Below are positions 12,401 through 23,201 of a stretch of 64,000 nt of DNA, piece by piece. The translations under genes and the position numbers were made by a program. Origin of the DNA: Paramoeba atlantica (taxonomy: Eukaryota; Protista; Discosea); the NCBI GenBank assembly GCA_977017575.1, contig CDRNVI010000173.1, forward strand, positions 54,732-118,731. The letters are read 5' to 3'. How positions within the stretch are numbered: position 1 is the stretch's first letter; every line of letters begins with the position of its first letter. The notes below the pieces were generated by a model, which was not told the origin of the DNA, did no database searches, and saw only the letters and a list, made by a program, of their open reading frames with translations.

Positions 12401-12908
12401 CTCCTTTTTTTTGTTTTTTGTTTTCACTCTTCTCTCTTCTGTGTCTTCGTTTGGGACCTTTCCCTCTCCCTCCCCCTCTCTCTCTCTTCTCTCATCTGTG
12501 AGAGAGACCTTTTGATTGTTTTGTCCTTTTTCCTCATTTTGTTTTGGGGTTCATTGTTTCATTTCTTTCTTTGAAAGGGATTTCGTTTTTGGTGGATTGT
12601 TTGGTTTCTTTCTTTTTCATTTTCTTTCTTTTTTATTTTCATTTTTTCATTTTTTCCATTTTCCTCCTTTCTTTTTTGTGGATTTTTTATTGTTTCCCCT
12701 CCCTCACATTTCTCTTCTTTTCACAAAGATATCTTCCTCTTGTTTTTTGTTTTTTCTGACCTCAGATCCCTTCTTTCTCTCTCTCTCTCTCTTGAGTTAA
12801 CTTTTGGAGGTATTTTGTTTGTTCTTTTGTCTTTTTCTTCATTCTCACTTTTCTTCTTTCCTTTTTATTGTTGTTGATTGATCTATTTTCCCACATACAG
12901 AGACAAAA

Positions 12909-15147
12909 ATGAGTGAAAATAGAGGAAAGAGAAAGAGAGGAGAAGAAACAACTGAGAAAAAAAGAGAAACCAAAAGAGGAAAGAAAGAGGAGGAAGAACA
13001 AACAACAGATCATGGTGATGATGTTGATGTTGTTATGATTGAAGATAATGATGATGATGAAAAAGAACAAAGAGAAAGAAGAAGTGAAGATGCTCTTGGA
13101 AAGAGAGAACAACAAGGAAGAGAAAAAGAAGGAGAAGAAGAAAGAGAAGGAGAAGAGGTGATGAAGAGAAGAAGAAAGGAAGAAGAAGAGAAAAAGAAAA
13201 GATTTGAATGTGGAATATGTTTGGAGTTGATGAGTTGGGAAAAAGAACCAAGGTTGTTACCTTGTTGTGGTCTTTTTTTTTGTTCTCTTTGTCTCAACAA
13301 TCTCTTTCTTCTTCAAAATCCTTCTTCTTCTTCTTCCTCTTCATCTCCCTCTTCTTCTTCCTCTTTGAAAGGAGTAAAATGTCCAGTTTGTAGTCAACTG
13401 AACGAATGTGAAAGCGTTGAAACACTTTCGATGAATTATTTGATTCCAGTAACGATTGATATTCTTCTTTCTTTAAATTTGATCTCTTTCTCCAATCAAT
13501 CAGGTTTTTTTCTCCATTTTTGAACTTCCTCTCTTTCTTTCCTCTCTTTCTTTCCTCTCTTTTCTTTCTTCCTTTTTCAGAGAGAAAGTTGAAAACATAA
13601 GATATGTTTAACATTTTTAATATATTAAGTAGTTTTGAAAAACAGGAGATGGTGGATCAGAATGTGTGAACTTCGAAACGTGTGGAGAACGAACTCGAAT
13701 GTATTGTTCCAAATGCGATATGTTTATTTGTGATTCTTGTGATCCATCTCACACTTCTTCTATTTTCACTCGAAATCACAAACGATCTGAAAGAATTGGT
13801 GATGGTGGAAGAAGATTGGAGGTGGGGGTGGTGGGAGTGATGGGATTGGAGAATTTGAAGAAGAGAGAATGTTCAAAACACCCATCTGAAACAATTTGTG
13901 GATATTGTTTTCAATGTTCTTCTTTTGTTTGTGGTTGTTGTATTCTTGCAACACATGTTAAACACATTGAGAAAGTGAAATCAATTGAAGAAAGTATTTT
14001 GGAGAAGAGAAATGAAGTTGTGCAGATTGGAGATAGATTGGAGAGAAGATTGATTTTGATTGAAAAGAAAAGAAAAAAGATTGAAAAAGAAATGAAAGAA
14101 TTGGAAGAGAAATTAGAAAAGAAAAGAATTGAAAAGAAAGAAATAGAATTGGAGAAAGAAGATTTGAGAATCAGAAAAGATTCAATTATTCGTTTATCCA
14201 ACACACCAACCTCTGATGATCTTTCTCTCTTTTTTGATGATCAACTTTTTTCAACTCTTCTTCAAACTGCAAATGATATTGTTTCTGAAGGAGGATTTGG
14301 GAAGAAAGGAGTGATTTGTTGTGATGGTGGTGGTGATTCTTTTCGTGTTGTTTCTTCTTTTCCTTTGAATCCACCTTTTGGAGTGAGTGTGAACAGTGAT
14401 GGGAATATTTTTATTTGTGAAGGTGTGATTGGATTGAGTGTGAGAGATAAAGAAGGAAATGAGATGATTGAATCACCAATTCAGAAAACAATTGATTCAC
14501 TGGAACCCTTTGATGTTTCAATTGGATTGAATGATCAAATTGTTGTTCTTGATCATTCTCAAGATTCTTTTCGAGTTGTAATCTTAAATGAAGAAGGAGA
14601 ATTGATCAAATCTTTTGGATCAAAAGGTTATCAAGATGGTCAGTTTAATTCTCCATATGGTGTGGATGTAGATGAAGAAGGTCGAATTATTGTTGCTGAT
14701 ACTTTGAATCATCGAATTCAAGTGTTTGATAATGATGGATCTTTTCTTCATTCTTTTGGATCGAAAGGTTCTTCTGATGGTCAATTTTATGGACCAAACG
14801 GTGTTGTAGTTGATGAAGATGGGAATATTGTTATTTGTGATTCTTGGAATCATCGGATTCAAGTGATGGATATTGAAGGGAATTTTATTCGATGTTTTGG
14901 AACAAAAGGTTCAGGTGATTCTCAATTCGATTGCCCAAAAGGTGTTGATGTGGATGGGGAAGGTAGAATTGTTGTTTGTGATGCAGGAAATGGAAGAGTG
15001 AGTGTGTTTGAGAAAGATGGAACATTTCTTTTTTCTTTTGGTCAACATCACATGGAGTATCCTCGTGGGGTTGTTGTTGATTCATTTGGATCAATTATTG
15101 TTTCTGATTGTGTGAAAAGGTTAATTGAATTGTGGAAATCATTTTGA
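12909..15147 (+). CDS. T6: intact TRIM-NHL-like E3 ligase
   Basis: ATG 12909. Exon 1 ends at 13503 (TCA G|gttttt) and exon 2 starts at 13646 (aacag|GAGATGGT), in frame to TGA 15147. A probable 5'UTR intron ends at ccacatacag just before the ATG. Confidence 0.92.
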
Positions 15148-15691
15148 CTGTTTTGACTCTTCTCTCTCTCTTTGCTTATCTCCTTCTTTTTTCTTCTCTT
15201 TCTTTTTTTGTCTCTCAATTTTGTTGTGTTCTTTTTGTTTTCTTTGTTTTGATTTTGGGGTTTGGGAGGGAGTTCTTCATCCTTTGTGGAATAACATTCT
15301 CATTTTTTTTTAAAAAAATTATCAAAAAAAATTCTCATTTGATCAACCAAAATATCAAAAAAAGTGTATTGAAAAAAGAAGAAGAGAGCAAAAAGATCAA
15401 AAAGATCGAAATTTCAAAAACACAATCTTAGAAAAGACACTATTCAAAAAGAAGAGAGAATTTCACAAGACAACTAAACACAAAGAGAAGCGAAATTGAG
15501 AAAAGTTTGAAGATAAAAATCAAAGGAATGAAGAACTGGGAAGAAGAAGACCGCACCAAACACTGAGGGGGAAAGAAGGAAAGGGAGAATAAAGAATTAA
15601 TTTCTTCTTTCATTTTCCTCTAAAAACAGAAAAATGAGACAAAAAAAAAACAAAAAAAGAAAAGGAAACAAAGAACACCTCCACTTTAAAA

Positions 15692-17914
15692 TTAGTTCCA
15701 CAATTCAATCGACTTTTTCGCATAATCAGAAACAATAATTGTTCCAAATGAATCAACAACAACCCCTTGAGGTCCTTTCATATGACCTCCACCAAACGAA
15801 AAACGAAATGTTCCATCTTTCTCAAACACACTCACTCTCCCATTTCCTCCATCACAAACAACAATTCTACCTTCCTCATCCACACCAACACCTCTTGGAT
15901 AACTCAATTGAGAATCACCTGAACCTTTTGTTCCAAAACATCGAATAAAATTCCCTTCAATATCCATCACTTGAATCCGATGATTCCAAGTATCAGAAAT
16001 AACAATATTCCCATCTCCATCAACTACAACATTGTCAGGTTGATTAAATTCACCTTCAGATGTACCAAAGAAACCAAAAGAACGAAGAAAAGATCCATCA
16101 TTATCAAACACTTGAATTCGATGATTCAAAGTATCAGCAACAATAATTCGACCTTCTTCATCTACATCCACACCATTTGGATCATCAAATTGACCATCTT
16201 CATCACCAATTGATCCAAAAGATTTGATCAATTCTCCTTCTTTGTTTAAGATTACAACTCTATGAGAATCTTGAGAATGATCAAGAACAACAATTTGATC
16301 ATTCAATCCAATTGAAACATCAACAGGATTCAAATAAAGTGAATCAATTGTTTTCTGAATTATAGATTCAATAATCTCATTTCCTTCTTTATCTCTCACT
16401 CTCAACCCACCACCCTCAGATTTACAAACAAAAATATTCCCATCACTGTTCACACTCATTCCCCAAGGTGGATTCTTCAAAGGAAGAGAAGAAACAACAC
16501 AAAAAGAATCACCACCACCATCACAACAAATCACTCCTTTCTTTGGTTTGAGGAATCCAACAACACCTCCTTCAAAAACAATATCAGTTGCAGTTTGAAG
16601 AAGAGTTGAAAAAAGTTGATCATCAAAAAAGAGAGAAATATCACAATCAGTTGTTGTTGTTGTTGATGGTGTGTTGGATAAACGAATAATTGAATCTTTT
16701 CTTATTCTCAAATCTTCTTTCTCCAATTCTATTTCTTTCTTTTCAATTCTTTTCTTTTCTAATTTCTCTTCTAATTCTTTCATTTCTTTTTCAATTCTTT
16801 TTCTTTTCCTCTCAATCAAAATCAATCTTTTCTCCAATTTATCTCCAATCCTCACAACTTCATTTCTCTTCTCTAAAATACTTTCTTCAATTGATTTCAC
16901 TTTCTCATTGTGATCATCATGTGTACCAAGAATACAACGAGTACAAACAAAAGAAGAACATTGAAAACAATATCCACAAATTGTTTTAGATAGGTGTTTT
17001 GAACATTCTCTCTTCTTCAAATTCTCCAATCCCATCACTCCCACCACCCCTCCCTCCTCTTCCAATCTTCTTCTTCTTCCACCTCCCTCAACACCATCTC
17101 TTTCACATCGTTTGTGATTTCGAGAGAAAATAGTTGAAGTGTGAGATGGATCACAAGAATCACAAATAAACATGTTACAATCAGAACAATACATTTGAGT
17201 TTGTTCTCCACATGTTTCGAAATTCGCACATTCTGATTCATCTCCTGTTGTTTTGTTTTTCAAAAACTATCTCAAAAAGAAAGAAAAGAGGAAAGAAAGT
17301 GAGAGTTCAAAAAAGTGGAGAAAAAAACCTGATTGATTGGAGAAAGAGATCAAATTTGAAGAAAGAAGAACATCAATCGTTTCTGGAATCAAATAATTCA
17401 TCGAAAGTGTCTCAATGCTTTCACATTCGTTCATTTCTCGACAAACTGGACATTTTACTCCTTTTAAAGAGGGAGAAGAAGAAGAAGAAGAGGAAGGATT
17501 TTGAAGAAGAAAGAGTTTGTTGAGACAAAGAGAGCAAAAAGAAAGACCACAACAAGGTAACAACCTTGGTTCTTTTTCCCAACTCATCAATTCCAAACAT
17601 ATTCCACATTCAAATCTTTTCTTTTTCTCTTCTTCTTCCTTTCTTCTTCTTTTCATCACCTCTTCTTCTTTTTCTCTTTCTCTTTCTCTTTCTCCTTCTC
17701 CTTTTTCTTCATTTTGTTGTTCTCTCTTTCCAAGAACATCCTCACTTCTTCTTTGCTGTTCTATTTCATCATCGTCATCTTCAATCACAACAACAACATC
17801 ATCACAATCTGTTGTTTGATCTTCTTTTTCTTTCTTTTCTCTTTTGGTGTCTCTCTTTTTCTCAATTTCCAATTCTATTTTTCCTCTCTTTCTCTTTCCT
17901 CGATTTTCACCCAT
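15692..17914 (-). CDS. T7: intact TRIM-NHL-like E3 ligase
   Basis: ATG 17914 (MGENRGKRKR). Exon 1 ends at 17329 and exon 2 starts at 17244, in frame to the stop at 15692, with all domains present. Confidence 0.92.
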
Positions 17915-18570
17915 TTTTTTTCTGGAGAAAAGAAATAAATAACAAGAAAAATAAAGGAAGAGAAGTGATGAAGAAAAAGACAAAAGAACAAACAAACACC
18001 CCAAAAGTTAACTCAAGAGTGAGAAGGGGGATCTGATGTCAAAAAAACAAAAACAAGAGAGAGGGAAGATATCTCTGTGAAAGAAAAAGAAGAGAAATGT
18101 GAGGGAGGAGAGACAATATAAAATATACAAAAAAGAAATGGAGGAAAATGGAAAAATGAAAAAGAAAAAACTCAATACCAAGAGAAAAACAATACACACA
18201 AAAAGGAACAATGGAGAATACCAATTCTCAGAGAGAGAGAGATTTCTGAGAATTTTTTTTTTCAAAATGGAGAAAAGGGAATTGAAAAAAGAAGAAATAA
18301 AAATACAAACATCTCTCAAAAAGGAAAGAGAAAAGAGGATCCCCAAAACGAAAAAAATGAGAAGGAGAGCCCCAAAAACCTTCAAAAAAAGAAGAAGGAC
18401 AATCTTCGAACCCAAAAACAGAGGTCCAACAGGAGAGAGAGGGGGAGAGAGAGAGAAGGGGGTGTCCAAATAACAATGAGAGAGAAGAACCACAGCAGAG
18501 AAACCAAGGAAGAGAGAAAGAGGAAGAAGAGAGAGGGAAGAGAAGAGGAAAAACAAAAAAAAAGAGAGAA

Positions 18571-18620
18571 GGTTTTTTCAGATGTTTAAAAAGTTTTGAA
18601 TCGTCTTTTCGGACCCTTTC
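18571..18620. promoter_or_regulatory. Conserved TRIM upstream element, copy 3 (inverted), between T7 and ANK-A1
   Basis: ggttttttcagatgtttaaaaagttttgaatcgtcttttcggaccctttc is nearly the exact reverse complement of the 12352 element. Confidence 0.5.
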
Positions 18621-18806
18621 TTTTTTTCTGTATTTTTTCTCACTTTCTGTTTCCGTTTTCTCTCCCTTTTCGTTTTGTTCTTCTTGTTGTACTTTTTCTT
18701 CTTCTTTTCTTCTTCTTGTTTTGGCTCTCTTTGTCTTCTTTGGTTTTTCTTTCTTCTCTCTCTCGTAACTTTCTGGTGAAACTCAATTGAGAAAGAAAGA
18801 GAAGAA

Positions 18807-21800
18807 ATGTCATTAACAGACTGCCAATTGTTTGAATCTGTGAAAGAGGGGAATTGTAAAAAGGCCAAACAACTCCTTTTGAATCAAAAAGTGGATGTCA
18901 ATCAATCTCCAAGACACCAGGTTGTTCAGTCTCTCTCCTTTCTTTTTTGTTTTGATCTTTTGTGATTGATCATTCATCATGATTATCTGGTGATGATTCT
19001 GTGTCTCTCTGTGTGTGTTGAGTTGTGATATTGATTTGAAAGTTTTGAGAAAAGAAAGGGTTTACTCCTTTGATGAGAGCTTGTGAAAAAGGAGACTTAA
19101 AGATGATTACTTTGTTGATTGAAAATGGTGCTTCCCTCAAGAGTCTTGCTCGGGTTATTTTCTCTTTCTTTTTTTGAAAAAGTTGGTTGTTTGTCCTGGG
19201 AGGAAAAAAGTTTGGTGATTGATTGTCTGTTCTTCTAGGATGGATCAGATCCATTGATTATTGCTTGTGAACTTGGAAATCTTGAAATAGTTCAATTTCT
19301 TTTTGAGAAAGGCTCTTCTCTTCATCCAATTTCAGTAAATCATCTCTTTTTTTTCTCTAATCATATTTTTTCATTGTTGTGTGTTCAACTCAATTCTTCT
19401 TGTTTTATTTTTATTTGATTGTAGCGAACACCAAAGAAGACTGCATTATCTTCAGTTTGTGAAAAAGGATATTTTGAAATTGCCAAATTTTTGATTGAAA
19501 AAGGAGCCACAGTAGATCAAACAACGACAGTTTCTCTTTCTTTCTCTCTTTCTTTCTCTTTCTCTCTTCATATCAAATCAATTTTTAGATTCCTCTTTCC
19601 ATTTTTTTTGGAAGTTATTATTTGTTTTTTGAATGATCATTTTGTTTGAACAGGGAGGGAAAAGCCCTTTGTGGATTTGTTGTGAAAGGGGAGACATTAA
19701 AATGGCAAATCTTTTGATTGACAACAAAGCAAAAGTGGATTGGTCAACAAATGTAAAGTTTTTTTGAATGTTTTTTTGAATGTTTTCACAAAAAAAAACT
19801 AATTTTTACCAATCTCCTGATATTTGGGGGGAACAGAAAGGAGGAACTTCTTTGTGTTGTGCTTGTAAAAGAGGGGATTTTGAAATGGCACAATTTTTGA
19901 TCAACAAAGGCGCAAATATCAACTTTTCCTCACAAAATGTTATTTTTTTCTTCCACACCCCTTTTTTCTCTTTCTCAACTTTCAAAGTTTTCAGAATTGA
20001 TTTCTGAAACAAAAGAGATTTCCTTTAATTCACCTCTTTTTGGTAGAGTTGGAGTCCTTTATGTTTTGCAGTTTTGGGGAATGATATCAAAATGGTTCAT
20101 TTCCTTCTTGAAAAGGGTGGTAAGCCAAATATTCCTTCAAAAGTATGTTTTCTATTTTTTGAATGTCTTGTCTTTATATTTATGTTGGAGGTGAGGTGAG
20201 GAAGAGGAATTGATGGATTCTCTTTTGTCCTTTTGTCATTTTAGTATCGAATGTCTCCCTTTCACGTTGCTTGTCAAAAAGGGAATTTAGAGATTGTCAA
20301 AACTTTTTTGAAGATAGAAGATCTTCAGATTGATCAACAAGGAAAAAAGGTTTTTTCCTTTTCTTCTTTTCTCTTGTTTGAGATTTCTTTGATGATTTAT
20401 TGAAATCAACTTTTGTGAAACAAAAAGGGAAAGACAGCTTTGTTTGAGGCAACTCTGGGAGGTCATTTTGACATTGTTACTTTATTGGTGGAAAGAGGTG
20501 CTTCAATCAATTTTAAAGATCATGTCTGTTTTCTTTTTTTTAATTTGGGAAAAAGAAAAAGATCTTTTTAGTTTTGTCTTTTTTGGTATGTTGGTGAGGA
20601 AGAGGAATTTATGAATTTTATTTTGTCCTTTTTTGTCATTTTAGTATGGAATGTCTCCATTTCGCGTTGCTTGTCAAAAAGGGAATTTAGAGATTGTCAA
20701 AAGTTTTTTGAAGATAGAAGATCTTCAGATTGATCAACAAGGAAAAGAGGTTTTTTCTTTTTTTTCTTTTCTCTTGTTTGAGATTTCTTTGATGATTTAT
20801 TGAAATCAACTTTTGTGAAACAAAAAGGGAAAGACAGCTTTGTTTGAGGCAACTGAGGGAGGTCATTTTGACATTGTTACTTTATTGATGGAAAGAGGTG
20901 CTTCAATCAATTTTAGAGATAATGTCTGTTTTCTTTTTTTTCTTTTTTTTTCTTTTTTGAATGTCTTGTCTTTTTTTGTATGTTGGAGGTGAGGAAGAGG
21001 AATTTATGAATTCTATTTTGTCTTTTTGTCATTTTAGGGTGGAATGTCTCCATTTCACGTTGCTTGTCAAAAAGGGAATTTAGAGATTGTCAAAATTTTT
21101 TTGGAGATAAAAGATCTTGAGATTGATCAACCAGGAAACCAGGTTTTTTCTTTTTTTCTTTTCTCTCTTGTTTGAGATTTCTTTGATAATTTATTGAAAT
21201 CAACTTTTGTGAAACAAAAAGGGAAAGACAGCTTTGTGTGAGGCAATTGAGGGAGGTCATTTTGACATTATCACTTTATTGGTGGAAAGAGGTGCTTCAA
21301 TCAATTTTGAATATCATGTCTGTTTTCTCTTTTTGATTTTTTATTGTTTGAACATTTCTCTCTAAAAAAAATTGTGACAGCTCCACAAAACCCCCTTTCA
21401 CATTGCATGTAAATTAGGAGATCTTAAAATTGTTTCTTTCTTCACCAAACATGGTGCTCAACTTCAAGCTAGGTACTATGATGGTCTTGTCTTGGCATGT
21501 GAAGAGGATCACATAAATGTAATCTCTTATTTATTAGAGAATATGAAAGAGGTATTTTTTTTATTAGGAAACAATTTTTCTGTTTTCAACACAATATTCA
21601 CAATTCACAACCATTCCCCCTTTTTTCATCCCTTTTTGATCTCCACACACACCAGGAATTGAATGTTGGACCTTTATGTTTTGCAAGTCGACATGGAAAA
21701 TTTGATTTGGCTCAATTTTTGATTTCTAAAAATTGTCCAATCAATGGAATTCACAATCACTTTGTATTTTCTTTTTTTTTTTCTTTCAAAAACTTTTGAA

Positions 21801-22918
21801 ATTTCTTTTCTCTTTGTCTTATTAAAAATCTCACCACAGAAAGGTTATTCACCTCTGGCTGTTGCATGTATAAACAACAGTTTGGATATTGCAAAATTAT
21901 TATTACAAAATGGAGCACATCTCATTGTTCAAGTTTGTTGGTTTTTTTGATAACCTTCCTCAAAACAATCCTCTCTCTTCTTTCTTTCTTTCTTTTCTTT
22001 CTTTCAATTTACCATCAATTTGGTTTTGGAAAAACAGGGAATGAGTATTCTTCATCAAGTTTGCAATTCCTATTCTGCTACTTTACCGGCTGTGAAGATT
22101 TTAGTTGAAAATGGAGCAGATGTAAATGAAATCTATCAAGTATTCTATTTTGATTTTTTTTCAATGGGTGTTTTTGAGTTTTTTTAATCATTTTTTTTTG
22201 AAGGGTCGCACTCCTCTCATGACCCTTATCCAATGTCAAGAATTTCGGTCAATCAGAGATATTGTTTTATTTATGTTAAAAAATGGTGCTGAAATCAACA
22301 AAACAAATGAGGTTTTTCTCATTTCTTTGATTTTTGGGGTACTCTTTGGGAACAATTCATTCAATCCAAAATGATAGGATGGGGGTACTGCGCTCCATGT
22401 GGCTGCACATAGGGGTATGTTGGAGATGGTGAAACTTTTGTGTGAATATGGTGCTGATCCTGAAATCAAAAATAACTTTGTTCTTTTTTCTTTGATTTTT
22501 ATTGATTGACTTTTTTTTTTTAATATTTTAATATATTTTAGGGACAAACACCAGCAGACTCCACCTCCTATCAATCAGTGAGGAAGTTTTTGAAGGTTTT
22601 TCTTTTTCTTTTTCTCATTTTTTTTGAAATTCGCAAAGAATTGAAACACAATTTTTTGGATAGGAATACATTCACATGGATGGTTCAATTAAACCTGCAA
22701 AACGAGAAGGGAATGAAAAGATTGAATCAAATGGAGAAGAAGAACAAAGAGAAGGAGGAGAAGAACAAAGAGAAGGAGAAGAACAAAGAGAAGGAGAAGA
22801 AGAAAGAGAAGAGGAAAGAGAAGAAGGAGAAGAAAGAGAAAGTAAAAAGAGAAAGGTTCGAGATGAATGTGGTTTTGGTGGTGATGAAATTGAATTCAAA
22901 AAACCTCGAATGGATTAA
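18807..22918 (+). CDS. ANK-A1: ankyrin-repeat protein, 21 exons, about 770 aa and about 20 repeats, with acidic tail and basic NLS-like motifs
   Basis: Hand-spliced phase-0 exons: 18807-18920, 19055-19153, 19239-19334, 19425-19529, 19654-19752, 19837-19938, 20047-20142, 20245-20349, 20428-20523, 20645-20749, 20828-20923, 21038-21142, 21222-21317, 21381-21551, 21656-21763, 21840-21932, 22038-22139, 22204-22311, 22378-22479, 22542-22595, 22664-22918. Repeat motifs include [23 protein letters not shown] and GTALHVAA. Confidence 0.88.
20245..21317 (+). repeat. Threefold tandem repeat of a two-exon, two-intron unit (about 390-400 bp) in ANK-A1, mirrored at 31600-32679 in ANK-A2
   Basis: The MSPF(H/R)[12 protein letters not shown] exon, conserved intron and GKTALxEA..GGHFDI exon recur starting at 20245, 20645 and 21038. 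Confidence 0.92.
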
Positions 22919-23201
22919 CCTCCACAAAATTGAAAAAGGAAATCTTCTTTTTTCAAAAAGAAGTTGTTTATTTTATTTGGGTGTGGGGGGGGGGGGAGAG
23001 GGGGAAATCATAAAATAGAAAAATAAAGAATAAGGTCCCAATTTCATACCAAAGAGAGAGAAAAGGACAAGAGAAAATGAAAATGAAGAAATGAGCACCG
23101 CTAAATTTTAGTGCTCTAAAAAAGAAAGTGTTTTTCGGTGAAAGAAAGGAAAGAGAAAAGGGAAAGAGAAAAAGAGAAAAAGAGAAAGAAAGAGAGGGGA
23201 A

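Noticed and set aside
22700-22870. Similarity of the ANK acidic tail (EQREGEE) to the TRIM acidic head
   Set aside because: Both are GAA/AGA low-complexity tracts, so homology cannot be inferred.
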